From Eledone cirrhosa (taxonomy: Eukaryota), in the NCBI GenBank assembly GCA_964016885.1, contig OZ024744.1, forward strand, positions 128,216,001 to 128,280,000: a stretch of DNA of 64,000 nucleotides. The letters are read 5' to 3'. The position numbers were made by a program, and so were the translations under genes. Positions 50,201 to 62,200 of this stretch are shown here, one piece after another; the stretch's first letter is position 1; each line of letters opens with the position of its first letter. Below the pieces are notes generated by a model. The model searched no databases, was not told the DNA's origin, and was given only the letters and a program-made list of their open reading frames with translations.

Positions 50201-53200
50201 AGTTAAGTTGGGGTTAAGTTAAGTTGGGGTTAAGTTAAGTTGGGATTAAGTTAAGTTGGGGTTAAGTTAAGTTGGGGTTGAGTTAAGTTGGGGTTGAGTT
50301 AAGTTGGGGTTAAGTTAAGTTGGGGTTAAGTTAAGTTGGGGTTAAGTTAAGTTGGGGTTAAGTTAAGTTGGGGGTAAGTTAAGTTGGGGGCAAGTTAAGT
50401 TGGGGTTAAGTTAAGTTGGGGTTAAGTTAAGTTGGGGTTAAGTTAAGTTGGGGTTAAGTTAAGTTGGGGTTAAGTTAAGTTAGGGTTAATTTCAGTTGGG
50501 GTTATGTTAAGTTGGGGTTAAGTTAAGTTGGGGTTAAGTTAAAGTTGGGGTTAAGTTAAGTTGGGGTAAAGTTAAGTTAGGGTTAAGTTAAGTTGGGGTT
50601 AAGTTAAGTTGGGGTTAAGTTAAGTTGGGGTTAAGTTAAGTTGGGGTTAAATTAAGTTGGGGTTCAATTAAGTTGGGGTTAAATTAAGTTGGGGTTAAGT
50701 TAAGTTGGGGTTAGTTAAGTTGGGGTTAAGTTAAGTTGGGGTTAAGTTAAGTTGGGGTTAAGTTAAGTTGGGGTTAAGTTAAGTTGGCGTTAAGTTAAGT
50801 TGGGGTTATGTTAAGTTGGGGTTAAATTAAGTTGGGGTTAAGTTAAGTTGGGGTTAATTTAAGTTGGGGTTAAGTTAAGTTGGGGTTAAGTTAAGTTGGA
50901 GTTAAGTCAAGTTGGGGTTAAGTCAAGTTGGGGTTAAGTCAAGTTGGGGTTAAGTCAAGTTGGGGTTAAGTTAAGTTGGGGTTAAGTTAAGTTGGGGTTA
51001 AGTTAAGTTGGGGGTAAGTTAAGTTGGGTGTAAGTTAAGTTGGGGTTAAGTTAAGTTGGGGTTCAGTTCAGTTGGGGTTAAGTTAAGTTGGGGTTAAGTT
51101 AAGTTGGGGTTAAGCTAAGTTGGGGTTCAGTTAAGTTGGGGTTAAGTTAATTTGGGGTTAAGTTAAGTTGGGGTTAAGTTAAGTTGGGGTTAAGATAAGT
51201 TGGGGTTAAGTTAAGTTGGGGTTAATTTACGTTGGGGTTGAGTTAATTTGGGTTTAAGTTAAGTTGGGCTTAACTTAAGTTGGGGTTAATTTGGGGTTAA
51301 GTTAAGTTGGGGTTTAGTTAAGTTGGGGGTAATTTAAGTTGGGGGCAAGTTAAGTTGGGGTTAATTTAAGTTGGGGTTAAGTTAAGTTGGGGTTATGTTA
51401 AGTTGGGGTTAAGTTAAGTTGGGGTTAAGTTAAGTTGAGGGTAAGTTAAGTTGAGGGTAAGTTAAATTGAGGTTAAGTTAAGTTGGGGTTAAATTAAGTT
51501 GGGGGTAAGTTAAGTTGGGGGTAAGTTAAGTTGGGGTTAAGTTAAGTTGGGGTTAAATTAAGTTGAGGTTAAGTTAATTTGGGGTTAAGTTAAGTTGGGG
51601 TTAAGTTAAGTTGGGGGTAAGAGAAGTTGGGGCTAAGTTAAGTTGGGGCTAAGTCAAGTTGGGGTTAAGTCAAGTTGAGGTTAACTTAAGTTGGGGTTAA
51701 GTTAAGTTGGGGTTAAGTTAAGTTGGGGTTAAGGTAAGTTGGGGTTAAGTTAAGTTGGGGCTAAGTTAAGTTGGGGCTAAGTTAAGTTGGGGCTGAGTTA
51801 AGCTGGGGTTAAGTTGGGGTTGAGTTAAGTTGGGGTTAAGTTAAGTTGGGATTAAGTTAAGTTGGGGTTAAGTTAAGTTCGGGTTGAGTTAAGTTGGGGT
51901 TAAGTTAAGTTGGGGTTAATTTAAGTTGGCGTTAAGTTAAGTTGGGGTTAAGATAAGTTGGGGTTAAGTTAAGTTGGGGTTAAGTTAAGTTGGGGTTGAG
52001 TTAATTTGGGGTTAAGTTAAGTTGGGGTTAACTTAAGTTGGGGTTAAGTTAAGTTGGGGTTAAGTTAAGTTGGGGGTAAGTTAAGTTGGGGGCAAGTTGA
52101 GTTGGGGTTAAGTTAAGTTGGGGTTAAGTTAAGGTGGGGGTAAGTTAAGTTGGGGGTAAGTTAAGTTGGGGTTAAGTTAAGTTGGGGTTAAGTTAAGTTG
52201 GGTTTAAGTTAAGTTGGGGCTAAGTTAAGTTGGGGCTAAGTTAAGTTGGGGCTGAGTTAAGTTGGGGTTAAGTTAAGTTGGGGTTGAGTTAAGTTGGGGT
52301 TAAATTAAGTTGGGGTTAAGTTGGGGTTAAGTTAAGTTGGGGTTAAATTAAGTTGGGGGTTAGTTAAGTTGGGGCAAGTTAAGTTGGGGTTAATTTAAGT
52401 TGGGGTTAAGTTAAGTTGGGGTTATGTTAAGTTGGGGTTAAGTTAAGTTGGGGTTAAGTTAAGTTGGGGGTAAGTTAAGTTGGGGTTAAGTTAAGTTGGG
52501 GGTAAGTTAAGTTGAGGGTAAGTTAAGTTGGGGTTAAGTCAAGTTGGGGTTCAGTTAAGTTGGGGTTAAGTTAAGTTGGGGTTGAGTTAAGTTGGGGTTG
52601 AGTTAAGTTGGGGTTGAGTTAAGTTGGGTGTAAGTTAAGTTGGGGTTAAGTTAAGTTGGGGTTAAGTTAAGTTGGGGTTAAGTTAAGTTGGGGGTAAGTT
52701 AAGTTGGGGGCAAGTTAAGTTGGGGTTAAGTTAAGTTGGGGTTAAGTTAACTTGGGGTTAAGTTAAGTTGGGGTTAAGTTAAGTTGGGGTTAAGTTCAGT
52801 TGGGGTTAAGTTAAGTTGGGGTTAAGTTAAGTTGGGGGTAAGTTAAGTTGGGGTTAAGTTAAGTTGGGGTTAAATTAAGTTGAGGTTAAGTTAATTTGGG
52901 GTTAAGTTAAGTTGGGGTTAAGTTAAGTTGGGGGTAAGATAAGTTGGGGCTAAGTTAAGTTGGGGCTAAGTCAAGTTGGGGTTAAGTCAAGTTGAGGTTA
53001 ACTTAAGTTGGGATTAAGTTAAGTTGGGGTTAAGTTAAGTGGGGTTAAGGTAAGTTGGGGTTAAGTTAAGTTGGGGTTAAGTTAAGTTGGGGTTAAGTTA
53101 AGTTGGGGTTAAGTTAAGTTAGGGTTAATTTCAGTTGGGGTTATGTTAAGTTGGGGTTAAGTTAAGTCGGGGTTAAGTTAAGTTGGGGTTAAGTTGGGGT

Positions 53201-56200
53201 TAAGTTAAGTTGGGGTTAAGTTAAGTTGGGGGTAAGTTAAGTTGGGGGCAAGTTAAGTTGGGGTTAATTTAAGTTGGGGTTAAGTTAAGTTGGGGTTATG
53301 TTAAGATGGGGTTAAGTTAAGTTGGGGTTAAGTTAAGTTGGGGGTAACTTAAGTTGGGGTTAAGTTAAGTTGAGGGTAAGTTAAGTTGAGGGTAAGTTAA
53401 ATTGAGGTTAAGTTAAGTTGGGGTTAAGTTAAGTTGGGGGTAAGTTAAGTTGGGGGTAAGTTAAGTTGGGGTTAAGTTAAGTTGGGGTTAAATTAAGTTG
53501 AGGTTAAGTTAATTTGGGGTTAAGTTAAGTTGGGGTTAAGTTAAGTTGGGGGTAAGATAAGTTGGGGCTAAGTTAAGTTGGGGCTAAGTCAAGTTGGGGT
53601 TAAGTCAAGTTGAGGTTAACTTAAGTTGGGGTTAAGTTAAGTTGGGGTTAAGTTAAGTTGGGGTTAAGGTAAGTTGGGGTTAAGTTAAGTTGGGGCTAAG
53701 TTAAGTTGGGGCTAAGTTAAGTTGGGGCTGAGTTAAGTTGGGGTTAAGTTGGGGTTGAGTTAAGTTGGGGTTAAGTTAAGTTGGGATTAAGTTAAGTTGG
53801 GGTTAAGTTAAGTTCGGGTTGAGTTAAGTTGGGGTTAATTTAAGTTGGGGTTAATTTAAGTTAGGCTTAAGTTAAGATGGGGTTAAGATAAGTTGGGGTT
53901 TTAGTTAAGTTGGGGTTAAGTTAAGTTGGGGTTGAGTTAATTTGGGGTTAAGTTAAGTTGGGGTTAACTTAAGTTGGGGTTAAGTTAAGTTGGGGTTAAG
54001 TTAAGTTGGGGGTAAGTTAAGTTGGGGGCAAGTTGAGTTGGGGTTAAGTTAAGTTGGGTTTAAGTTAAGTTGGGGCTAAGTTAAGTTGGGGCTAAGTTAA
54101 GTTGGGGCTGAGTTAAGTTGGGGTTAAGTTAAGTTGGGGTTGAGTTAAGTTGGGGTTAACTTAAGTTGGGGTTAAGTTGGGGTTAAGTTAAGTTGGGGTT
54201 AACTTAAGTTGAGGTTAAGTTAAGTTGGGGGTAGGTTAAGTTGGGGGCAAGTTAAGTTGGGGTTAAGTTAAGTTGGGGTTAAGTTAAGTTGGGTTTCAGT
54301 TAAGTTGGGGCTAAGTTAAGTTGGGGCTAAGTTAAGTTGGGGCTGAGTTAAGTTGGGGTTAAGTTAAGTTGGGGTTGAATTAAGTTGGGGTTATGTTAAG
54401 TTAGGGTTGAGTTAAGTTGGGGTTGAGTTAAGTTGGGGTTAAGTTAAGTTGGCGTTAAGTTAAGTTGGGGTTAAGCTAAGTTGGGGTTAAGTTAATTTGC
54501 GGTTAAGTTAGGTTGTGGGTTAAGTTAAGTTGGGGGTAAGTTAAGTTGGGGGTAAGTTAAGTTGGAGTTAAATTAAGTTGGGGTTAAGTTAAGTTGGGGT
54601 TAAGTTAAGTTGGGGTTAAGTTAAGTTGGGGTTAAGTTAAGTTGGCGTTAAGTTAAGTTGGGGTAAAGTTAAGTTGGGGTAAAGTTAAGTTGGGGTTAAG
54701 TTAAGTTGGGGTTAAGTTAAGTTGGGGTTAAGTTAAGTTGGGGTTAAGTCAAGTTGGGGTTAAGTCAAGTTGGGGTTAAGTCAAGTTGGGGTTAAGTTAA
54801 GTTGGGGTTAAGTTAAGTTGGGGGTAAGTTAAGTTGGGTGTAAGTTAAGTTGGGGTTAAGTTAAGTTGTGGTTAAGTTCAGTTTGGGTTAAGTTAAGTTG
54901 GGGTTAAGTTAAGCTGGGGGTAAGTTAAGTTGGGTGTAAGTTAAGTTGGGGTTAAATTAAGTTGGGGTTAAGTTAAGTTGGGGTTATGTTAAGTTGGGGT
55001 TAAGTTAAGTTGGGGTTAAGTTAAGTTGGGGTTAAGTTAAGTTGAGGTTAAGTTAAGTTGGAGTTAAGTTAAGTTGGGGTTAAGTTAAGTTGGAGTTAAG
55101 TTAAGTTGGGGTTAAGCTAAGTTGGGGTTAAGTTAATTTGCGGTTAAGTTAGGTTGTGGGTTAAGTTAAGTTGGGGTTAAGTTAAGCTGGGGTTAAGTTA
55201 GGGTAAGTTAAGTTGGGGGTAAGTTAAGTTGGGGTTAAGTTAAGTTGGGGTTAAGTTAAGTTGGGGTTAAGTTAAGTTGGGGTTAAGTTAAGTTGGGGTT
55301 GAGTTAAGTTGGGGTTGAGTTAAGTTGGGGTTAAGTTAAGTTGGGGTTAATTTAAGTTGGGGTTAAGTTAAGTTGGGGTTAAGTTAAGTTGGGGGTAAGT
55401 TAAGTTGGGGGCAAGTTAAGTTGGGGTTAAGTTAAGTTGGGGTTAAGTTAAGTTGGGGTTAAGTTAAGTTGGGGTTAAGTTAAGTTGGGGTTAAGTTAAG
55501 TTAGGGTTAATTTCAGTTGGGGTTATGTTAAGTTGGGGTTAAGTTAAGTTGGGGTTAAGTTAAAGTTGGGGTTAAGTTAAGTTGGGGTAAAGTTAAGTTA
55601 GGGTTAAGTTAAGTTGGGGTTAAGTTAAGTTGGGGTTAAATTAAGTTGGGGTTAAGTTAAGTTGGGGTTAAGTTAAGTTGGGGTTAAATTAAGTTGGGGT
55701 TCAGTTAAGTTGGGGTTAAATTAAGTTGGGGTTAAGTTAAGTTGGGGTTAATTTAAGTTGGGGTTAAGTTAAGTTGGGGTTAAGTTAAGTTGGAGTTAAG
55801 TCAAGTTGGGGTTAAGTCAAGTTGGGGTTAAGTCAAGTTGGGGTTAAGTCAAGTTGGGGTTAAGTTAAGTTGGGGTTAAGTTAAGTTGGGGTTAAGTTAA
55901 GTTGGGGGTAAGTTAAGTTGGGTGTAAGTTAAGTTGGGGTTAAGTTAAGTTGGGGTTCAGTTCAGTTGGGGTTAAGTTAAGTTGGGGTTAAGTTAAGTTG
56001 GAGTTAAGTTAAGTTGGAGTTAAGTTAAGTTGGGGTTAAGCTAAGTTGGGGTTCATTTAAGTTGGGGTTAAGTTAATTTGGGGCTGAGTTAAGTTGGGGT
56101 TAAGTTAAGATCGGGTTGAGTTAAGTTGGGGTTAAGTTAAGTTGGGGTTAAGTTAAGTTGGGGTTAAGTTAAGTTGGGGTTAAGATAAGTTGGGGTTAAG

Positions 56201-59200
56201 TTAAGTTGGGGTTAATTTACGTTGGGGTTGAGTTAATTTGGGTTTAAGTTAAGTTGGGCTTAACTTAAGTTGGGGTTAAGTTGGGGTTAAGTTAAGTTGG
56301 GGTTAAGTTAAGTTGGGGGCAAGTTAAGTTGGGGTTAATTTAAGTTGGGGTTAAGTTAAGTTGGGGTTATGTTAAGTTGGGGTTATGTTAAGTTGGGGTT
56401 AAGTTAAGTTGGGGGTAACTTAAGTTGGGGTTAAGTTAAGTTGAGGGTAAGTTAAGTTGAGGGTAAGTTAAATTGAGGTTAAGTTAAGTTGGGGTTAAGT
56501 TAAGTTGGGGTTAAGTTAAGTTGGGGATAAATTAAGTTGAGGTTAAGTTAATTTGGGGTTAAGTTAAGTTGGGGTTAAGTTAAGTTGGGGGTAAGAGAAG
56601 TTGGGGCTAAGTTAAGTTGGGGCTAAGTCAAGTTGGGGTTAAGTCAAGTTGAGGTTAACTTAAGTTGGGGTTAAGTTAAGTTGGGGTTAAGTTAAGTTGG
56701 GGTTAAGGTAAGTTGGGGTTAAGTTAAGTTGAGGGTAAGTTAAGGTGGGGTTCAGTTAAGTTGGGGTTAAATTAAGTTGGGGGTAAGTTAAGTTGGGGGT
56801 AAGTTAAGTTGGGGTTAAGTTAAGTTGGGGTTAAATTAAGTTGAGGTTAAGTTAAGTTGGGGTTAAGTTAAATTGGGGTTAATTTAAGTTGGGGGTAAGA
56901 TAAGTTGGGGCTAAGTTAAGTTGGGGCTAAGTCAAGTTGGGGTTAAGTCAAGTTGAGGTTAACTTAAGTTGGGGTTATGTTAAGTTGGGGCTAAGTTAAG
57001 TTGGGGCTAAGTTAAGTTGGGGCTGAGTTAAGTTGGGGTTAAGTTAAGTTGGGGTTGAGTTAAGTTGGGGTTAAGTTAAGTTGGAATTAAGTTAAGTTGG
57101 GGTTAAGTTAAGTTCGGCTTGAGTTAAGTTGGGGTTAAGTTAAGTTGGGGTTAATTTAAGTTGGGGTTAAGTTAAGTTGGGGTTAAGATAAGTTGGGGTT
57201 AAGTTAAGTTGGGGTTAAGTTAAGTTGGGGTTGAGTTAATTTGGGGTTAAGTTAAGTTGGGGTTAACTTAAGTTGGGGTTAAGTTGGGGTTAAGTTAAGT
57301 TGGGGTTAAGTTAAGTTGGGGTTAAGTTAAGTTGGGGGTAGGTTAAGTTGGGGGCAAGTTAAGTTGGGGTTAAGTTAAGTTGGGGTTAAGTTAAGTTGGG
57401 TTTCAGTTAAGTTGGGGCTAAGTTAAGTTGGGGCTGAGTTAAGTTGGGGTTAAGTTAAGTTGGGGTTGAATTAAGTTGGGGTTATGTTAAGTTAGGGTTG
57501 AGTTAAGTTGGGGTTGAGTTAAGTTGGGGTTCAGTTAAGTTGGCGTTAAGTTAAGTTGGGGTTAAGCTAAGTTGGGGTTAAGTTAATTTGCGGTTAAGTT
57601 AGGTTGTGGGTTAAGTTAAGTTGGGGGTAAATTAAGTTGGGGGTAAGTTAAGTTGGGGTTAAATTAAGTTGGGGTTAAGTTAAGTTGGGGTTAAGTTAAG
57701 TTGGGTTAAGTTAAGTTGGGGTTAAGTTAAGTTGGCGTTAAGTTAAGTTGGGGTAAAGTTAAGTTGGTGTAAAGTTAAGTTGGGGTTAAGTTAAGTTGGG
57801 GTTAAGTTAAGTTGGGGTTAAGTTAAGTTGGGGTTAAGTCAAGTTGGGGTTAAGTCAAGTTGGGGTTAAGTCAAGTTGGGGTTAAGTTAAGTTGGGGTTA
57901 AGTTAAGTTGGGGGTAAGTTAAGTTGGGTGTAAGTTAAGTTGGGGTTAAGTTAAGTTGTGGTTGAGTTCAGTTTGGGTTGAGTTAAGTTGGGGTTAAGTT
58001 AAGCTGGGGGTAAGTTAAGTTGGGTGTAAGTTAAGTTGGGGTTAAATTAAGTTGGGGTTAAGTTAAGTTGGGGTTATGTTAAGTTGGGGTTAAGTTAAGT
58101 TGGGGTTAAGTTAAGTTGGGGTTAAGTTAAGTTGAGGTTAAGTTAAGTTGGAGTTAAGTTAAGTTTGGGTTAAGTTAAGTTGGAGTTAAGTTAAGTTGGG
58201 GTTAAGCTAAGTTGGGGTTAAGTTAATTTGCGGTTAAGTTAGGTTGTGGGTTAAGTTAAGTTGGGGTTAAGTTAAGCTGGGGTTAAGTTAGGGTAAGTTA
58301 AGTTGGGGGTAAGTTAAGTTGGGGTTAAGTTAAGTTGGGGTTAAGTTAAGTTGGGATTAAGTTAAGTTGGGGTTAAGTTAAGTTGGGGTTGAGTTAAGTT
58401 GGGGTTGAGTTAAGTTGGGGTTAAGTTAAGTTGGGTTTAAGTTAAGTTGGGGTTAAGTTAAGTTGGGGTTAAGTTAAGTTGGGGGTAAGTTAAGTTGGGG
58501 GCAAGTTAAGTTGGGGTTAAGTTAAGTTGGGGTTAAGTTAAGTTGGGGTTAAGTTAAGTTGGGGTTAAGTTAAGTTGGGGTTAAGTTAAGTTAGGGTTAA
58601 TTTCAGTTGGGGTTATGTTAAGTTAGGGTTAAGTTAAGTTGGGGTTAAGTTAAGTTGGGGTTAAGTTAAGTTGGGGTTAAGTTAAGTTGGGGTTAAATTA
58701 AGTTGGGGTTCAGTTAAGTTGGGGTTAAATTAAGTTGGGGTTAAGTTAAGTTGGGGTTAGTTAAGTTGGGGTTAAGTTAAGTTGGGGTTAAGTTAAGTTG
58801 GGGTTAAGTTAAGTTGGGGTTAAGTTAAGTTGGCGTTAAGTTAAGTTGGGGTTATGTTAAGTTGGGGTTAAATTAAGTTGGGGTTAAGTTAAGTTGGGGT
58901 TAATTTAAGTTGGGGTTAAGTTAAGTTGGGGTTAAGTTAAGTTGGAGTTAAGTCAAGTTGGGGTTAAGTCAAGTTGGGGTTAAGTCAAGTTGGGGTTAAG
59001 TCAAGTTGGGGTTAAGTTAAGTTGGGGTTAAGTTAAGTTGGGGTTAAGTTAAGTTGGGGGTAAGTTAAGTTGGGCGTAAGTTAAGTTGGGGTTAAGTTAA
59101 GTTGGGGTTCAGTTCAGTTGGGGTTAAGTTAAGTTGGGGTTAAGTTAAGTTGGAGTTAAGTTAAGTTGGAGTTAAGTTAAGTTGGGGTTAAGCTAAGTTG

Positions 59201-62200
59201 GGGTTCAGTTAAGTTGGGGTTAAGTTAATTTGGGGCTGAGTTAAGTTGGGGTTAAGTTAAGATCGGGTTGAGTTAAGTTGGGGTTAAGTTAAGTTGGGGT
59301 TAAGTTAAGTTGGGGTTAAGTTAAGATGGGGTTAAGATAAGTTGGGGTTAAGTTAAGTTGGGGTTAATTTACGTTGGGGTTGAGTTAATTTGGGTTTAAG
59401 TTAAGTTGGGCTTAACTTAAGTTGGGGTTAATTTGGGGTTAAGTTAAGTTGGGGTTAAGTTAAGTTGGGGGTAAGTTAAGTTGGGGGCAAGTTAAGTTGG
59501 GGTTAATTTAAGTTGGGGTTAAGTTAAGTTGGGGTTATGTTAAGTTGGGGTTAAGTTAAGTTGGGGGTAACTTAAGTTGGGGTTAAGTTAAGTTGAGGGT
59601 AAGTTAAGTTGAGGGTAAGTTAAGTTGGGGTTAAGTTAAGTTGGGGTTAAATTAAGTTGAGGTTAAGTTAATTTGGGGTTAAGTTAAGTTGGGGTTAAGT
59701 TAAGTTGGGGGTAAGAGAAGTTGGGGCTAAGTTAAGTTGGGGCTAAGTCAAGTTGGGGTTAAGTCAAGTTGAGGTTAACTTAAGTTGGGGTTAAGTTAAG
59801 TTGGGGTTAAGTTAAGTTGGGGTTAAGGTAAGTTGGGGTTAAGTTAAGTTGGGGCTAAGTTAAGTTGGGGCTAAGTTAAGTTGGGGCTGAGTTAAGTTGG
59901 GGTTAAGTTGGGGTTGAGTTAAGTTGGGGTTAAGTTAAGTTGGGATTAAGTTAAGTTGGGGTTAAGTTAAGTTCGGGTTGAGTTAAGTTGGGGTTAAGTT
60001 AAGTTGGGGTTAATTTAAGTTGGGGTTAAGTTAAGTTGGGGTTAAGATAAGTTGGGGTTAAGTTAAGTTGGGGTTAAGTTAAGTTGGGGTTGAGTTAATT
60101 TGGGGTTAAGTTAAGTTGGGGTTAACTTAAGTTGGGGTTAAGTTAAGTTGGGGTTAAGTTAAGTTGGGGGTAAGTTAAGTTGGGGGCAAGTTGAGTTGGG
60201 GTTAAGTTAAGTTGGGGTTAAGTTAAGGTGGGGGTAAGTTAAGTTGGGGGTAAGTTAAGTTGGGGTTAAGTTAAGTTGGGGTTAAGTTAAGTTGGGTTTA
60301 AGTTAAGTTGGGGCTAAGTTAAGTTGGGGCTAAGTTAAGTTGGGGCTGAGTTAAGTTGGGGTTAAGTTAAGTTGGGGTTGAGTTAAGTTGGGGTTAAATT
60401 AAGTTGGGGTTAAGTTGGGGTTAAGTTAAGTTGGGGTTAAATTAAGTTGGGGGTTAGTTAAGTTGGGGCAAGTTAAGTTGGGGTTAATTTAAGTTGGGGT
60501 TAAGTTAAGTTGGGGTTATGTTAAGTTGGGGTTAAGTTAAGTTGGGGTTAAGTTAAGTTGGGGGTAAGTTAAGTTGGGGTTAAGTTAAGTTGGGGGTAAG
60601 TTAAGTTGAGGGTAAGTTAAGTTGGGGTTAAGTCAAGTTGGGGTTCAGTTAAGTTGGGGTTAAGTTAAGTTGGGGTTGAGTTAAGTTGGGGTTGAGTTAA
60701 GTTGGGGTTGAGTTAAGTTTGGTGTAAGTTAAGTTGGGGTTAAGTTAAGTTGGGGTTAACTTAAGTTGGGGGTAAGTTAAGTTGGGGGCACGTTAAGTTG
60801 GGGTTAAGTTAAGTTGGGGTTAAGTTAACTTGGGGTTAAGTTAAGTTGGGGTTAAGTTAAGTTGGGGTTAAGTTCAGTTGGGGTTAAGTTAAGTTGGGGT
60901 TAAGTTAAGTTGGGGGTAAGTTAAGTTGGGGTTAAGTTAAGTTGGGGTTAAATTAAGTTGAGGTTAAGTTAATTTGGGGTTAAGTTAAGTTGGGGTTAAG
61001 TTAAGTTGGGGGTAAGATAAGTTAGGGCTAAGTTAAGTTGGGGCTAAGTCAAGTTGGGGTTAAGTCAAGTTGAGGTTAACTTAAGTTGGGATTAAGTTAA
61101 GTTGGGGTTAAGTTAAGTGGGGTTAAGGTAAGTTGGGGTTAAGTTAAGTTGGGGTTAAGTTAAGTTGGGGTTAAGTTAAGTTGGGGTTAAGTTAAGTTAG
61201 GGTTAATTTCAGTTGGGGTTATGTTAAGTTGGGGTTAAGTTAAGTCGGGGTTAAGTTAAGTTGGGGTTAAGTTGGGGTTAAGTTAAGTTGGGGTTAAGTT
61301 AAGTTGGGGGTAAGTTAAGTTGGGGGCAAGTTAAGTTGGGGTTAATTTAAGTTGGGGTTAAGTTAAGTTGGGGTTATGTTAAGTTGGGGTTAAGTTAAGT
61401 TGGGGTTAAGTTAAGTTGGGGGTAACTTAAGTTGGGGTTAAGTTAAGTTGAGGGTAAGTTAAGTTGAGGGTAAGTTAAATTGAGGTTAAGTTAAGTTGGG
61501 GTTAAGTTAAGTTGGGGGTAAGTTAAGTTGGGGGTAAGTTAAGTTGGGGTTAAGTTAAGTTGGGGTTAAATTAAGTTGAGGTTAAGTTAATTTGGGGTTA
61601 AGTTAAGTTGGGGTTAAGTTAAGTTGGGGGTAAGATAAGTTGGGGCTAAGTTAAGTTGGGGCTAAGTCAAGTTGGGGTTAAGTCAAGTTGAGGTTAACTT
61701 AAGTTGGGGTTAAGTTAAGTTGGGGTTAAGTTAAGTTGGGGTTAAGGTAAGTTGGGGTTAAGTTAAGTTGGGGCTAAGTTAAGTTGGGGCTAAGTTAAGT
61801 TGGGGCTGAGTTAAGTTGGGGTTAAGTTGGGGTTGAGTTAAGTTGGGGTTAAGTTAAGTTGGGATTAAGTTAAGTTGGGGTTAAGTTAAGTTCGGGTTGA
61901 GTTAAGTTGGGGTTAATTTAAGTTGGGGTTAATTTAAGTTGGGGTTAAGTTAAGTTGGGGTTAAGATAAGTTGGGGTTAAGTTAAGTTGGGGTTAAGTTA
62001 AGTTGGGGTTGAGTTAATTTGGGGTTAAGTTAAGTTGGGGTTAACTTAAGTTGGGGTTAAGTTAAGTTGGGGTTAAGTTAAGTTGGGGGTAAGTTAAGTT
62101 GGGGGCAAGTTGAGTTGGGGTTAAGTTAAGTTGGTTTTAAGTTAAGTTGGGGCTAAGTTAAGTTGGGGCTAAGTTAAGTTGGGGCTGAGTTAAGTTGGGG